Source: Phoronis australis | Lineage: Eukaryota > Animalia > Phoronida | Length of the DNA stretch: 64,000 bases | Direction of reading: 5' to 3' | Assembly: GCA_002633005.1 (NCBI GenBank) | Contig: NMRA01000122.1 | Coordinates: forward strand, 338,171 to 402,170 | Part shown: in pieces, positions 53,027 through 64,000 of the stretch | Position numbering within the stretch: position 1 is the stretch's first letter | Layout: each line of letters begins with the position of its first letter | Made by a program: the position numbers and the translations under genes | Notes under the pieces: model-generated | Database searches by the model: none | What the model was told of the DNA's origin: nothing | What the model saw: the letters and a program-made list of their open reading frames with translations, nothing else

Positions 53027-53167
53027 CAGGGCCCACGAAACTTTTCACAAGACTCCGCTTGAAATTTGACCAATCAAATTGCATGAAACAGAATAAGTTA
53101 GTGCAAGTGTGCGTTGCAATAGGACAATTTCTATGTCTCCAGTAAATTTTGGTGGTCGTGGGCCCTG
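53027..53167. mobile_element. 141-bp MITE
   Basis: Perfect 12-bp TIRs CAGGGCCCACGA / TCGTGGGCCCTG with internal inverted GAAATTTGACCAAT / ATAGGACAATTTC. Confidence 0.75.
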
Positions 53168-54000
53168 GAGACATCAAATAATTTGATGTTCTGTGGGTAA
53201 ATAATCGACAATAACTGTCTCCGATTGTGTTTGCGTTCAACTGAATCAAAATCTCCATTCTGTTTTCTACCTTTAAAGCATGCGAAATCTGCTTGCCCCC
53301 CCCCCCCCTTTAACCGTGTCAACAACTGTCCTTGAGGTGCCCTAGGTAACATGATCCACCACATTAATTCAAGAAGGGTCATTGTATTCCCTGCTGATGT
53401 CATTGTTGGTAATACATATGTGTGCATTGCCAACAGCCAAATAGCAGAGAGGTCAAAATGTTGCCAACACCGCCACCCTAGCTGGCCGACCTTTCAGCGC
53501 AATCCCAGAGGAGGTGTCAAGGTCGATTGTGCGCTTTGAAGGATGACATCAAATACGGTAGTACCTGGCTAACAATCAATATTGTCAACTAGTCAATTTC
53601 TCCCAGGCACTGATAACTGTCAACAGATGGTGTGCCAAACAATAAATCACAGTGTCGAAAAGCCTGGCAAGCATCACTTTTCAATGTCTACATTACTGAT
53701 GGCATTTGTCATACAAACTTGTTTAGCAATAAACAGCAAAAATTTGAAATTGCTTCAACTAGTTCTGTCCCAGGTGCCAACCGAGACACATTTCTTTCCC
53801 TGAATTCTAGTGCAAAACCTGATAATTGTATGCTAGCCAAGAGGTAATTAACTTGTCTTGTGCTGCAACCTTTTAAGAAGAATAATACAACAAAGGGACC
53901 TTGTGACGTGATAAAAACCAGCAACAACCTTGGAGCTGTATCCAGATAGACCTCAACTTGTACCAAGACATGAATATTCCAATGATAGTTGAAAGGACAT

Positions 54001-54034
54001 TGTGTGTGTGCGTGTGTGTGTGTGTGTGTGTGTG
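54001..54034. repeat. (TG)n microsatellite
   Basis: Directly visible. Confidence 0.95.
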
Positions 54035-55969
54035 CTGCATTGTCATAAAACCAGAAGGTGCCCAACCTTAACACTAGCAGATTACTTCCTCCTTGTCACT
54101 GCCTCTGTCCACATGGCCATTTGCACTGGAACAAGTCCATCGGGTGCGAGTTGCATTACCTTAAAAACTTGAGGTAAACTGTCAAGTTGTGCCACAATGC
54201 ACCAAATTTGTACAAACCACCAACCAAATTATCCTCAAGTGCAAAGGAGACTTTGAAAAGACATACCTCTTGACTTCTAACCTTTTATGTACCAACAACA
54301 AACCATTGAGACAATGTAACTTTTACAAAGACATCACAACGCATAATGCAATCCCATCCAATTATATATGATAAAGTCTCACTAATTTCGAACAAACATA
54401 ACTGCCAAATTTTTTTTTTCACTTTTCAAATGTTCCTTGCATTGATGTGAATGAGCACGATTTCTCCGAACATTGTTTGACGGTAGCTATGGTATACAAG
54501 TTGACATTGATATGTCTTTATTTGTGCTGCTTCCCTTTAACAAATAAAGTGGAAACTAAAAATTCACCTGTGTCCTAAATTGGTGAGATGATACCGTTGA
54601 TATCACTCCTAGACACAAACTGAATATGGCCACATGGAAGGGCATGGGATCATACATGGTTAAGAGTTCTCAATACAATCCAACGTCAATGTTTTTGTAT
54701 TGATACGATATTTTAAGTGTATTCTTATCCAGACTTCCAAGATGCGTGAATGAAAATAAATATTATGAAAGTTAGCTCATAGGTTCATATGACTAGTTCA
54801 TTTGCCTAATTACGTAATGCATTCACCTAATTGAACAAAGTTACACTTCAAGATGAGAAACAAGCCCATGAAAATCTTGTCACAAAGACAAAAAACTCTC
54901 ATTCCACCATGGCTAATGGATAATGAGTACTATCCTGGTACGCAGCAACAGTGTGGCATGTTGACCGACTCGTAAACAAAAGCAAATGACGACCGAACTT
55001 ATCACAACCGAGGTAGAACAATGACCGACTCGACTGCTCTCACAGTCAGACTGTATGAAAAGAAATAAGCGCGAAATTCTTGCCTCCCAAAACATCACTT
55101 CCAGGGTAGAGGACGAGAAATTAATTAAATTACGAAAAGCTGTAATTAAGTGAAAAATATGTCTGGGATAATCAACAGACCTTGTTTTTGCTAAAAGTGA
55201 GATGAAAAAGGTTGCCTTCGCCTTTAATGGCAGGCACCAATGAACTAAACGAGATTTACAAGATCTTAGAAAAGGAAGTCTTTTAAGTTCACTCACAAGA
55301 AATATCAGAAGAACTCTAACAACTACTTCTCGCAGAAGAGAACGAACAATCATGTTTCATCCTATAAGTCTCAGTGTTTTGTTTATTAACTCACCAGCGG
55401 TATTCCCACCTCAGTTGAACATCGGTGCTTCCAGGTACAATACAAACTGATGACCACTAATGTACCGGTACGGCAACAAGACTAAGACAAGAAGACTACA
55501 CTAGCTATAGAACATCCCATGTGTTACCTGCACCCCAAAAACTGACTGACCGCTAATGAGCATGACAACAAGACAAGACTCATTATCCCCATGTTAGCTG
55601 CACACCACAAACACAGTACTAGAACATTTAAATCCTGAATGAATTTTTAAGTCGTTTTCAAAATTTGGCACTGCAACATGTGTTGTCACTCAAAATTTCA
55701 TTTCCTTACTTTTTATAGAATTAATCAAGGTATTCATTTGTCACTCTAACAGGATCAAGACAGAGTCTAAATTAATATTTCTGACACAAGAGTTTCAATT
55801 CACACAGGGATTTACGACTCAAACAGCGCAAAAGTAGGCAAAGCCAAAATCACAAACTACAAAAGGACTATTAATAAACCCAGCTGGCAGAGACAGCAAA
55901 TCCTCTCGTTAAAACAACCAATAAATTCCATTCTGCGCTATTTTAATCATGTGCAATTAAGAAGCTTAC

Positions 55970-55975
55970 CTTGCC
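55970..55975 (-). CDS. Candidate 6-nt microexon (Gly-Lys) of the kinase gene
   Basis: Minus strand reads ctctttattttgttttgttttgtttttaacag|GGCAAG|gtaagc. It sits in a phase-0 intron, so inclusion keeps the frame. No transcript evidence. Confidence 0.35.
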
Positions 55976-57071
55976 CTGTTAAAAACAAAACAAAACAAAA
56001 TAAAGAGTTTAACCCCAAAACAAAGGATTTCAAATACTTTGCATCGTGCTTTAAAGGGACATTGCATTTTTGTGATTATTTCTGCATAGGATAGACTTCT
56101 TAGCGATATTAACATTGACCAGAGCTTCAAAACAATAAACTCCCTTGTGCTTTTGCGATTTTATTACAAATTTCCAATTCTCAACGATGTCTGCCAGACA
56201 TTCGCTAAAATCAAGGTTGGGGACTTAACCAGTTAAAAATACTCTTAAAACTACTCAGCCACTTATCGAGTGGGCTTCAGTTCTGTCAGCACAGCATTTG
56301 GCTGCAACCACGGGATTCCAGGTTCGATTCTGCAAAATCATCTTCCAGTAGGTAGTCTCCCTTTGAGTTTCTAAATGACACTAGTCTAAGTTGTTCATAA
56401 ACAATTTCTGTCTGCGGTGTTGTGTTCCTCGTTTATAGGGTAAAATCTCAGCATAGGACATAATATGATGGACAAATGAGATTTAATTTTCTCGTGTTTT
56501 CATAAAAGATATGTAGCATCAAATTAAAGCTTTACCGTGTTCTAGTTCTGAAAATTTGTGGGCATTCACAACAGTGTTAGAAAACATTGAAAAACGAAAA
56601 AAGATAATTTTGGCAATTATTTTTACCCAAAATTGGTAAAATATTACTGTATACAAACCCACTACCGGTAATTAACGTGATACTTCTACCTCCTGTTTTT
56701 GTCATTTTGTTCTGTAGTGTAACTGTTCAAGCAAGCCTGACGAACGTGCAAAACTACAAACTGTTACCAACTCTGAGAAGTAATTACACAAAACATGACA
56801 AGTCCAGTCATCCACGCCTGGAATTAACTCAGTTCTATTAGAGAAAACTGAGATCAGCTATGCGTGTAAAACTTTCCCAGGCCCGACATAAACTGTGTAA
56901 AACAATCTTTCACATTCTGTTCCATAGTACGGCGAAAGCGCACCTGTACTAAATTATTATTAAGTACACCATGGCCCTGTTGTCACGAACACCATGGCTC
57001 TAATGAAGACAAACTGTGAAATTCCACAGACAGTGAAACATCCTACACATATCAACCAAACGCATTTTATA

Positions 57072-57175
57072 TATAGTTACCACCCAGGGTATTAAGCTGG
57101 TCAAAAATCCGGGGATGAACATTATTTCATACATCCACTCCGAGTTCATAGTTACCACCCCAGGTACTAAGCTGG
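57072..57175. repeat. Direct repeat pair of about 28 bp
   Basis: ATAGTTACCACCC(AG/CA)GGTA(T/C)TAAGCTGG twice. Confidence 0.75.
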
Positions 57176-58355
57176 AAGGGTGGAGGTTAAGCCAATATCC
57201 AGGAAGTTACATAGAAGTCTGTAGATTGTAGACAAGAAAGGGGCTTAATAAAGACCTCAATTGGAGTGATAATGAATAATAGTCCAGTGGTGTGACCTAG
57301 TTTTTTACGCAGAGTATTTTCAAATTTTATAATGCAAACATTACGCGAGCGCATAATGAGCAAAAACATTAGAACTACAAAAAAGTCCCAGTCATAGAAA
57401 TTCGGTGTAGGAGATTAAAAATGAAAATTAGGAAATTTCAGAGGTAGGCGGTTAGCTGAGCATTGGCGTTGGGTATTCCCAAGAACTGATGCATAGGGTC
57501 AAGCCAGTGGAACGGAGGGGGACTGATATTTCGTCACGTTGCTCATTGTGGGTAGTCCATTAAACCTGATCATAGATATTTATGAACCTGACTGAATGAC
57601 CTATTGTGAGAGGGCAAATGTCCTGAGCATTAAACAAAAGGGTACATGTCATAGTTTTGACAACTTGAACACTATTGTTGATGGTTTATGCAAGTTAATC
57701 TTTAGTCATTAAGGTTTTGAGTAAATAGTACTGCACATAAATATGTAAATGCTCTGGCACATATCACAGACTGAAATCAGTGTTGCACAAGGGCTATAGC
57801 TACTTATCTATGTGCAATCATTGATACTGGCACTCAGAAAGGATACCACTAAATGAAGACAGTCCACCTGACAGACCCTGGGCAAAATGTAGTCAGGACA
57901 GAGCCACGGGTACTTAGACACCAAGTGGACTGAGCCATAAGGGCTGAGTAGGAGAACTGAGCCAGAGGGACTGATTCAGAACATCACTTCACCTGACCTA
58001 AAATTAATTTAAAATCTATTGACTGCTCATGGGAAAGTTACCAACTAATGGCAGAGTTGATGAAAGACAACTACTGTATCAATGCATGATTGTACAATAA
58101 AGTCAAGACAAAAACCAGGGTTAACCAAATGTGCTGGCTTTCATTGCAGTCTTGTCAAGCAACAGTTTTCAAAGAAATTTAGAATGTTCCAAAAAGAAAT
58201 TTGTTGTTAAAGAAGGCAACTTCCAGATGAGATTCGCTCCTCACTGCCATGTTTTCACCAGGACTATAGCCTCAATGAAGTATTAAGCTTATTCTGAAGC
58301 ACAACTTGAAATAATTTTGTTTCGGTTATTTTCCAAATGCCAAAAGTGTGGAAAT

Positions 58356-58422
58356 TAAACTTTGAGTCGCGCTTGCACTTGCATGCTAAAGGCGTGAAAA
58401 CTAAACTTTGAGTCGCGCTTGC
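58356..58422. repeat. Direct repeat pair of about 21 bp
   Basis: TAAACTTTGAGTCGCGCTTGC twice. Confidence 0.8.
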
Positions 58423-59954
58423 CTTTGAGTCTGAGTCGGCGACATCACATGCTAGTAAGCAGGCTCTAAGTACAGTCACGTTCATTGCTGGAAATAGTGC
58501 ATACCAAGACCATAGTCAGCCACTTTCAGTCTATGCCAAGTTTTCAAAAGAATCCATACGTTGTCATAGTTTTAAGAATTACCTAGTATTTTTATTCATT
58601 TCCAAAGTTTCAGACAGGCATGGCAACTGGTCACAAAAAATGTTCAGTATATCAAGATCAACACGCTGCGTCTGAGAGCAATGCTGCCATGATTGACTAA
58701 CACTGCTTTGGTACAGTAAGTTTGAAAACAGAAGCTTTCTATATTCTGTGCATACTACCCGCGCAGAAAACACTTTTTTCAGACAACTATGAACAGATAT
58801 TCTTCAATTAAACAAATTTTGGTGCAGTCCATTTTCTGGGTACAGGCGGGGATGATAAACACGTATATTTTCCCCTGGCCTTATAACCTACAGCAAAAGA
58901 ATTGCTGCGGAATCAAAAACTTGGGACATTTCTGAAGGCAGGTCACCACAGCATCAGTGCTTAAGTGAAGAGCGTACATGACTTTTCCCAAATCACATCA
59001 CTCAAACTACGGTAGATCAAATAGTCTCCATCCATATGCACAACATTACCACCTACAATTGACGTAGTTGCCTAGTTGGCAAGATGGCACTCTGGAAACC
59101 TTATGCAAGTGTGTGTATTCATGGTCAGATGACAAATAAAATTAACTTCTTATAATAGCAAAATGGTGAACATTTGAAAAAATATCCAATAATACACGTG
59201 CCATTATTGACAGTGACACCTGTTGCCATCAAAGATAACCAATCATACGGAATCTAAGTGTCAACGCTCCACAGTTAAATCCACCTATTTACTGGGAAGC
59301 AAACTTACACCACTTCAATCAAAGATCAAAACTATCACTTCATACTGACAGACATTCACCTGAACATCAATGCATGAACATTGGTGTGAAAGGCCTTTAG
59401 TACACATTTACGAAATCATCACAACCCGTTACTCCTACTCGTAATGACCAGTGGTAGTCCCTCCGGCACAATTTACCATTAGCCTCGTTTTGGCGCCATC
59501 ATCCATCAGGATATGCCCTCAAACAAATATCAACTCATCAATGATATTCCAATAATGCATTAACTAGCACCGAGGATAATTAACTAGCTATAGATCCGTG
59601 TATAAAACAGCGTGTGAAACAGTTAATATGATATGGCAAATTTTAAATCCCGCAATTGGTGTAGCGTAATCCTCCACTTATTGTTCAAAAATAATTGTGT
59701 TGGAAGTTTTACCAAATGGTGTTCTATGATTTCCATGCAGTACAAAACAAGATAATAATAAATTTTTCTTAATATATATTATTGTGGAGAAATTCGGCAA
59801 AATACAAAGAACTTCCCTTGTCCGCTATATTGTGTGCCTAACAGCTGAAGTCCTACCATAACTACCTTGACATCAATGACATGGTGAACATCTGTGGCGA
59901 CCTGTGTGTTTGTAGTCATCTAATTCAGGATTCATATCTACCATAACAAACATG

Positions 59955-60427
59955 CCTTCCATCACAAAAATCAACTTTTGATTTAGACCACTTTAACCCT
60001 CATGAAATTGGTCTCAAATTGTCCCTAGGTTAAATTGCGGGAGGTGCTTTAATGCCCTTGAAAGAGTCATAGCCCATTATTGCCTGAGACTACGCTCTAT
60101 AAGTTGGCTTGCTACAGATGACGCGTCATTGTATGCATAAGGCACGGTCTCGAGGAAAAACGAAGTGTCAGATCTTTGGCAAACCTAGAAATCGCTTCTC
60201 ATATGAGTAAGGAACAAGATGAGACAATTTTCTAGGAGTAAGTGGTCTACATCAAATTTGGAGTAAGACTAGTGGTCTACATCAAATTTGCTTTTTAAAG
60301 CCACTTTAAGGGAAAAATAGGCCAGGAGCCAGTTTTAATAAAGCAGCAAATAAACTCTCCTTCCATCACAAAAAACAACTTCTCATTTAGACAACCTAAT
60401 ACTATGAAATTGGTCTCAAATTGTTCC
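59955..60427. mobile_element. Transposon remnant with 70-bp direct repeats about 400 bp apart
   Basis: CCTTCCATCACAAAAA.CAACTT...ATTTAGAC...ATGAAATTGGTCTCAAATTGT at about 59955 and 60359. AGTGGTCTACATCAAATTTG also occurs at 60241 and 60271. Confidence 0.5.
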
Positions 60428-61192
60428 GCAGTCAAATTGGAGCTATGATTTCAGTTTTTCGGCAAACTGACTGTTCATTACTGGAGTCTAAGCTCTTCAA
60501 ACTGGCTTGTCACGGCGGGTCATTTTATTTGCCAAGCACGGTATCAAGGAATAACCACCAGTTCTTTCTAACCCCAGAATGCACTCCTCACCTGAGGGAG
60601 GAACAAGTTGAGATCAATCTTACAGCTGTGAGTTATCTACATCAATCATAGATCGCTTCTTGAAACGTACCCAAGACGGTCATAAGCATGTTATTGCCAA
60701 GCTGATGAAGCATTTTTTCTAAAAGTGAAATGCTGTTACGTAGTTAACATACAAGTTAAACACCTCCCCTTACATTTTAACCATGTTAATGAATTGTTTG
60801 CTACTAAAAAGTCACAATACAACCATCATAGCCAAGACCAGAGATAAAACGGGACTGTTTTGTCAACTTTGTAGGGTTTGAAAGAAGGCACAAAGAAATC
60901 CTTTAAACTAGTCGTTTTAAGTTTTCTGAAACGTATAAACCCATGTATTGGTTAGCTCAAAGTTTCAAAATTTAGAATCTAAAATTTGCCTGCAAGTTAA
61001 AATTAAGTACCAACCGTGTAATTTACAAAATAGACGATTTGAATATCAAAAAGTAAATCATGTTAACTCTATGGTATACTTGATTTCATGTGATTGGTTA
61101 ATTCCATGTTAAAAAAACAGTCAATCAATAGCCAGATTCCACCAGGTCAAGTGCTTTTCCTACCTCTGCAAAGAGGAGAGCTGAATTTGTTA

Positions 61193-61707
61193 TCTCGCTG
61201 GTTCCCTGTGTGCCGCTAGGTGGAAGCCAGCACGTAGGTATCAATTAATTTTCCTCAGGAATTTTTTTTACACCGGCGTTTCTGATTGGCTGGTCGAATT
61301 CTCAACAGGCAGCGCTTTACGCAAACAAACTAGCAGGACTGATGAAGGAAGTGTAAACATGGTCTGTTGTACAGACAAATCGGTGCTTAAAATTCATGTT
61401 CAAGAAATGTGAATCCCATAGATTGTGGTTGCACCTTTTCAGAGTGCATCTTTCTACTATCGCTGACTTTTGTTTACGTTGCTGTCCTGTATTCACGCAG
61501 TAGGAATGACACACTAGTTAAACCGGCCAGATGACGGTGTGTTTACTGTCGAGGGGGTTTCAGAACATCCTTACAATTGTTAGTCTGCCATTTTCTCACT
61601 TTGTTGTAAAGATAACCAATGACTGCCAAGGTTTCATCAACCAATGACAAAGCGCGTGATACTGCATGATACCTGCATGCTCACTTGGCACGTAGGGAAC
61701 CAGAGAG
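61193..61707. mobile_element. MITE of about 515 bp with 22-bp imperfect TIRs
   Basis: TCTCGCTGGTTCCCTGTGTGCC versus GGCACGTAGGGAACCAGAGA, with internal inverted ATTGG/CCAAT. Ends about 65 bp from the donor at 61772. Confidence 0.7.
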
Positions 61708-61772
61708 AATCTGTGATGTGCCAAAAATTGCACTTCATATCACACTTAATATGCATTTCACATCAAACTTAC

Positions 61773-61901
61773 CTTAAGCGTCTCGTAAAGTCGAATAACA
61801 TTAGGATGCCTCAGCTGGGATAAAATCCTCGCTTCTCTGTGTAAATTCTTACGTACATAACTTTCCCTGATTTTTCTTGTGTCAATTATTTTTACTGCAA
61901 C
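61773..61901 (-). CDS. HUNK: HUNK-like AMPK-related Ser/Thr kinase, internal coding exon (subdomains II-IV)
   Basis: Minus strand reads ttttcttttcag|GTTGCA...CTTAAG|gtaagt; 129 nt, phase 0/0. Translates VAVKIIDTRKIRESYVRKNLHREARILSQLRHPNVIRLYETLK, with the catalytic Lys, alphaC Glu and HPN. YVxKNLxRE resembles HUNK. Absent from the ORF track. The symbol is a best family match; orthology is not verified. Confidence 0.93.
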
Positions 61902-64000
61902 CTGAAAAGAAAAATGTGTTAGTCATAACTTAATACCAAATGCCATTACATTTTACACACATTATTTTTAACAAAATTACACATTGATCCCATACACTCC
62001 TAAAGCATCTATTTGTAACAGGCGTCAAATGACAGCCTAGACACGAACCATTTCTAATCATTACTTGTTTCCATAAAGTGCTCTGCTGAGACAATTAAGA
62101 GAGGCTCATTTATCATTTAAGTGTAAATGATGGAATGATGTTGGTAACTTAATAGAATCAGAGTACTAGCGCAAATTAGTGCAAAAAACACGAGTGAAGC
62201 ACTTTGCCAGTGCAAAAGAACTGAAACTTACTGGCAAAACAACACGCGAACACCTCCTTGTTCGATAGACACAAGGAATTGCTAAACTGATAATCTGAAC
62301 AAAAATAGTATGTTTCCAAAACCAATCATCGAAATACAATTACACCAACTAGACATTAACAAAACCTCAGTAGAAACCAAGTTATACCTATGAAACCCAA
62401 TCACGCTGAAGACCGTGGATTGCAAATTACCTCAATATTTAAGGAAGCCTTAGTCACTCTTCAGTCGGTGTAACCAAAGTGTTTGAATAGCACAAAATGT
62501 TTAGCAAGAACAACTTGTTCCCTTTTTAATAATGCATTTGGGATGCTGAAATGGAAAATACCGTAGAATCGATTTCATTTTAAGGTGAAAATGGGACACC
62601 AGCGACTTTTACTTTCACCACGTTTCTAATTCCTCAAATTTGTGGTCAGGTATACACACCAATACAAAGATTAGAGTATGAATGCAAAACTGAAATATCT
62701 TAAACAGATAATATCAAATGCACTCTAACATTTCAGACATTGCAATTATTCTGCGTAATAATTCGGGGCTTTCCAGGGTTTAAGGACAATACTTAAACTT
62801 TCAATGACCGAAATTGGACATTTGCCACAACAATGCACTGGTATATGAACAATAACAGTATTTCAGTTTCTAGACAAGTTCTGTCCAAGGTCCTTAGAAA
62901 GGGTTTGTTCTCTTTTCAAAAACTCACTGTCCAGTCACTGAACAAACTGATAACAGAACTCAGCCAAACTCGCAAAAATGAGAGCTTATTTCTTGCACAC
63001 TAAGTTAAGGTACACGGGTACTTGTGCTTTTGGCAGACTTCATAATATATTACCAACATTCAGGTAACTGTGAATTGTCACAATTGCACAATTTCAAAAG
63101 GATATGTGATGGGGTAACTGGGGACAAATGGGACATTGAAAAGCTGCAATGGTCCTTAAATTGTGTAATACAAATCAAAAGTGTCTAGACACCTTGATTG
63201 AAAACCCAAGGTGCAATTGAGGCAGACAATCCTGAGGACACAGTTGGAACAAGTGATGGTTATGTAGGACCCAAGTGCCTAGTCTGGCAATTCCGCCAAA
63301 TATCTACATTAGTATAGATTTCAACTCAATAAAAGTACATACCGGTATTTTCTGACAGTAGAAAGCCTGTAGAATTTGACGATGTGACCATGCCTTTCTA
63401 GCAAACTTTAACAAATAAAAAAGGTAAATTTTTAGTAAATAATACCATCAAAAGTATTGACCAAATTTTGCTCAATGTAGAGCTTCGAGATGGAAATTTC
63501 AAAAACACTGATATTTTCAAAATTAGCACTTCATTTTTTGATGCAACATTTTTTCATACATTTCAAAATCAATTCCTGACATCATTTTGGAAAACATTTC
63601 ATAAAGCATGGTATCTGTTTTATATGAATCCGATCTGTCATTTCTATATGATGTTCCAGAGTTTGCCAAACTTTGACATTTTTGGGGTCCTGCATAACCT
63701 TAAGAATGTATGATAATTCATCACTAGGAAAATGACAATTTTGCCTGTTATTTTCGTGCAAAAAATTGGAGAATTACTGTTATTAACCAGAGTGGCACAG
63801 TAAGTATTATGAAGAACTATCCATCAATAATAGCCTATACAGATACACACTACAATTTACATTTACTCGCATTGGGGACCACCAGGAAGTTTCAAACTTG
63901 GAATGTCTCATAGCCTTTCCCACAACCAACTACAAGAATTTTAACCTTAATGGGGAAAGGTGATTTAAAGCCTTTTCATACTAACATCTAGAAGCGTGGA

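Larger units (their letters stand above)
36819..61772 (-). other. About 25 kb phase-0 intron of the kinase gene
   Basis: GT-AG boundaries defined by the flanking in-frame exons; no additional kinase subdomain is needed between them. Confidence 0.88.

Noticed and set aside
56258-56335. tRNA gene suggested by GGTTCGATTC
   Set aside because: No cloverleaf or acceptor stem can be formed; at most a decayed SINE head.
59955-60427. LTR pair of a miniature retrotransposon (TRIM)
   Set aside because: The repeats are only about 70 bp, lack TG...CA ends, and have no primer-binding site or polypurine tract. They look more like internal repeats of a DNA element.
4149-63925. Su(H)/CSL sites (YGTGRGAA) such as 5908, 11440, 17703, 21751, 34167 and 41312
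   Set aside because: They are dispersed, not in a paired-site arrangement, and the count is not clearly above chance for 64 kb.
61902-64000. First kinase exon with the GxGxFxxV loop
   Set aside because: I found no such motif with a suitable donor; it probably lies beyond the window.

Overview
This is AT-rich animal genomic DNA, probably from a marine invertebrate (inferred from intron sizes and repeat types). It has no prokaryotic features. The whole window lies inside one minus-strand gene for an AMPK-related (CAMKL) Ser/Thr kinase most similar to HUNK. Five coding exons with GT-AG boundaries and matching phases (61901-61773, 36818-36652, 1581-1523, 1022-893, 179-34) splice into an intact kinase core: [43 protein letters not shown]. 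The supplied ORF track reads only two of these exons in the correct frame. Two very large introns (about 25 and 35 kb) make up over 90% of the window. They contain MITEs, two Helentron-associated (HINE)-like elements with CTCF-like motifs, several minisatellites, and non-repetitive islands dense in developmental transcription factor motifs. The best leads are a frame-preserving 6-nt microexon candidate (55970-55975), a dense CAGGT(A/G)/T-box cluster (8.2-8.7 kb), the possibility that the introns host long-range enhancers, and a minisatellite apparently born inside a transposon. I cannot establish a wholly new biological system from the sequence alone.
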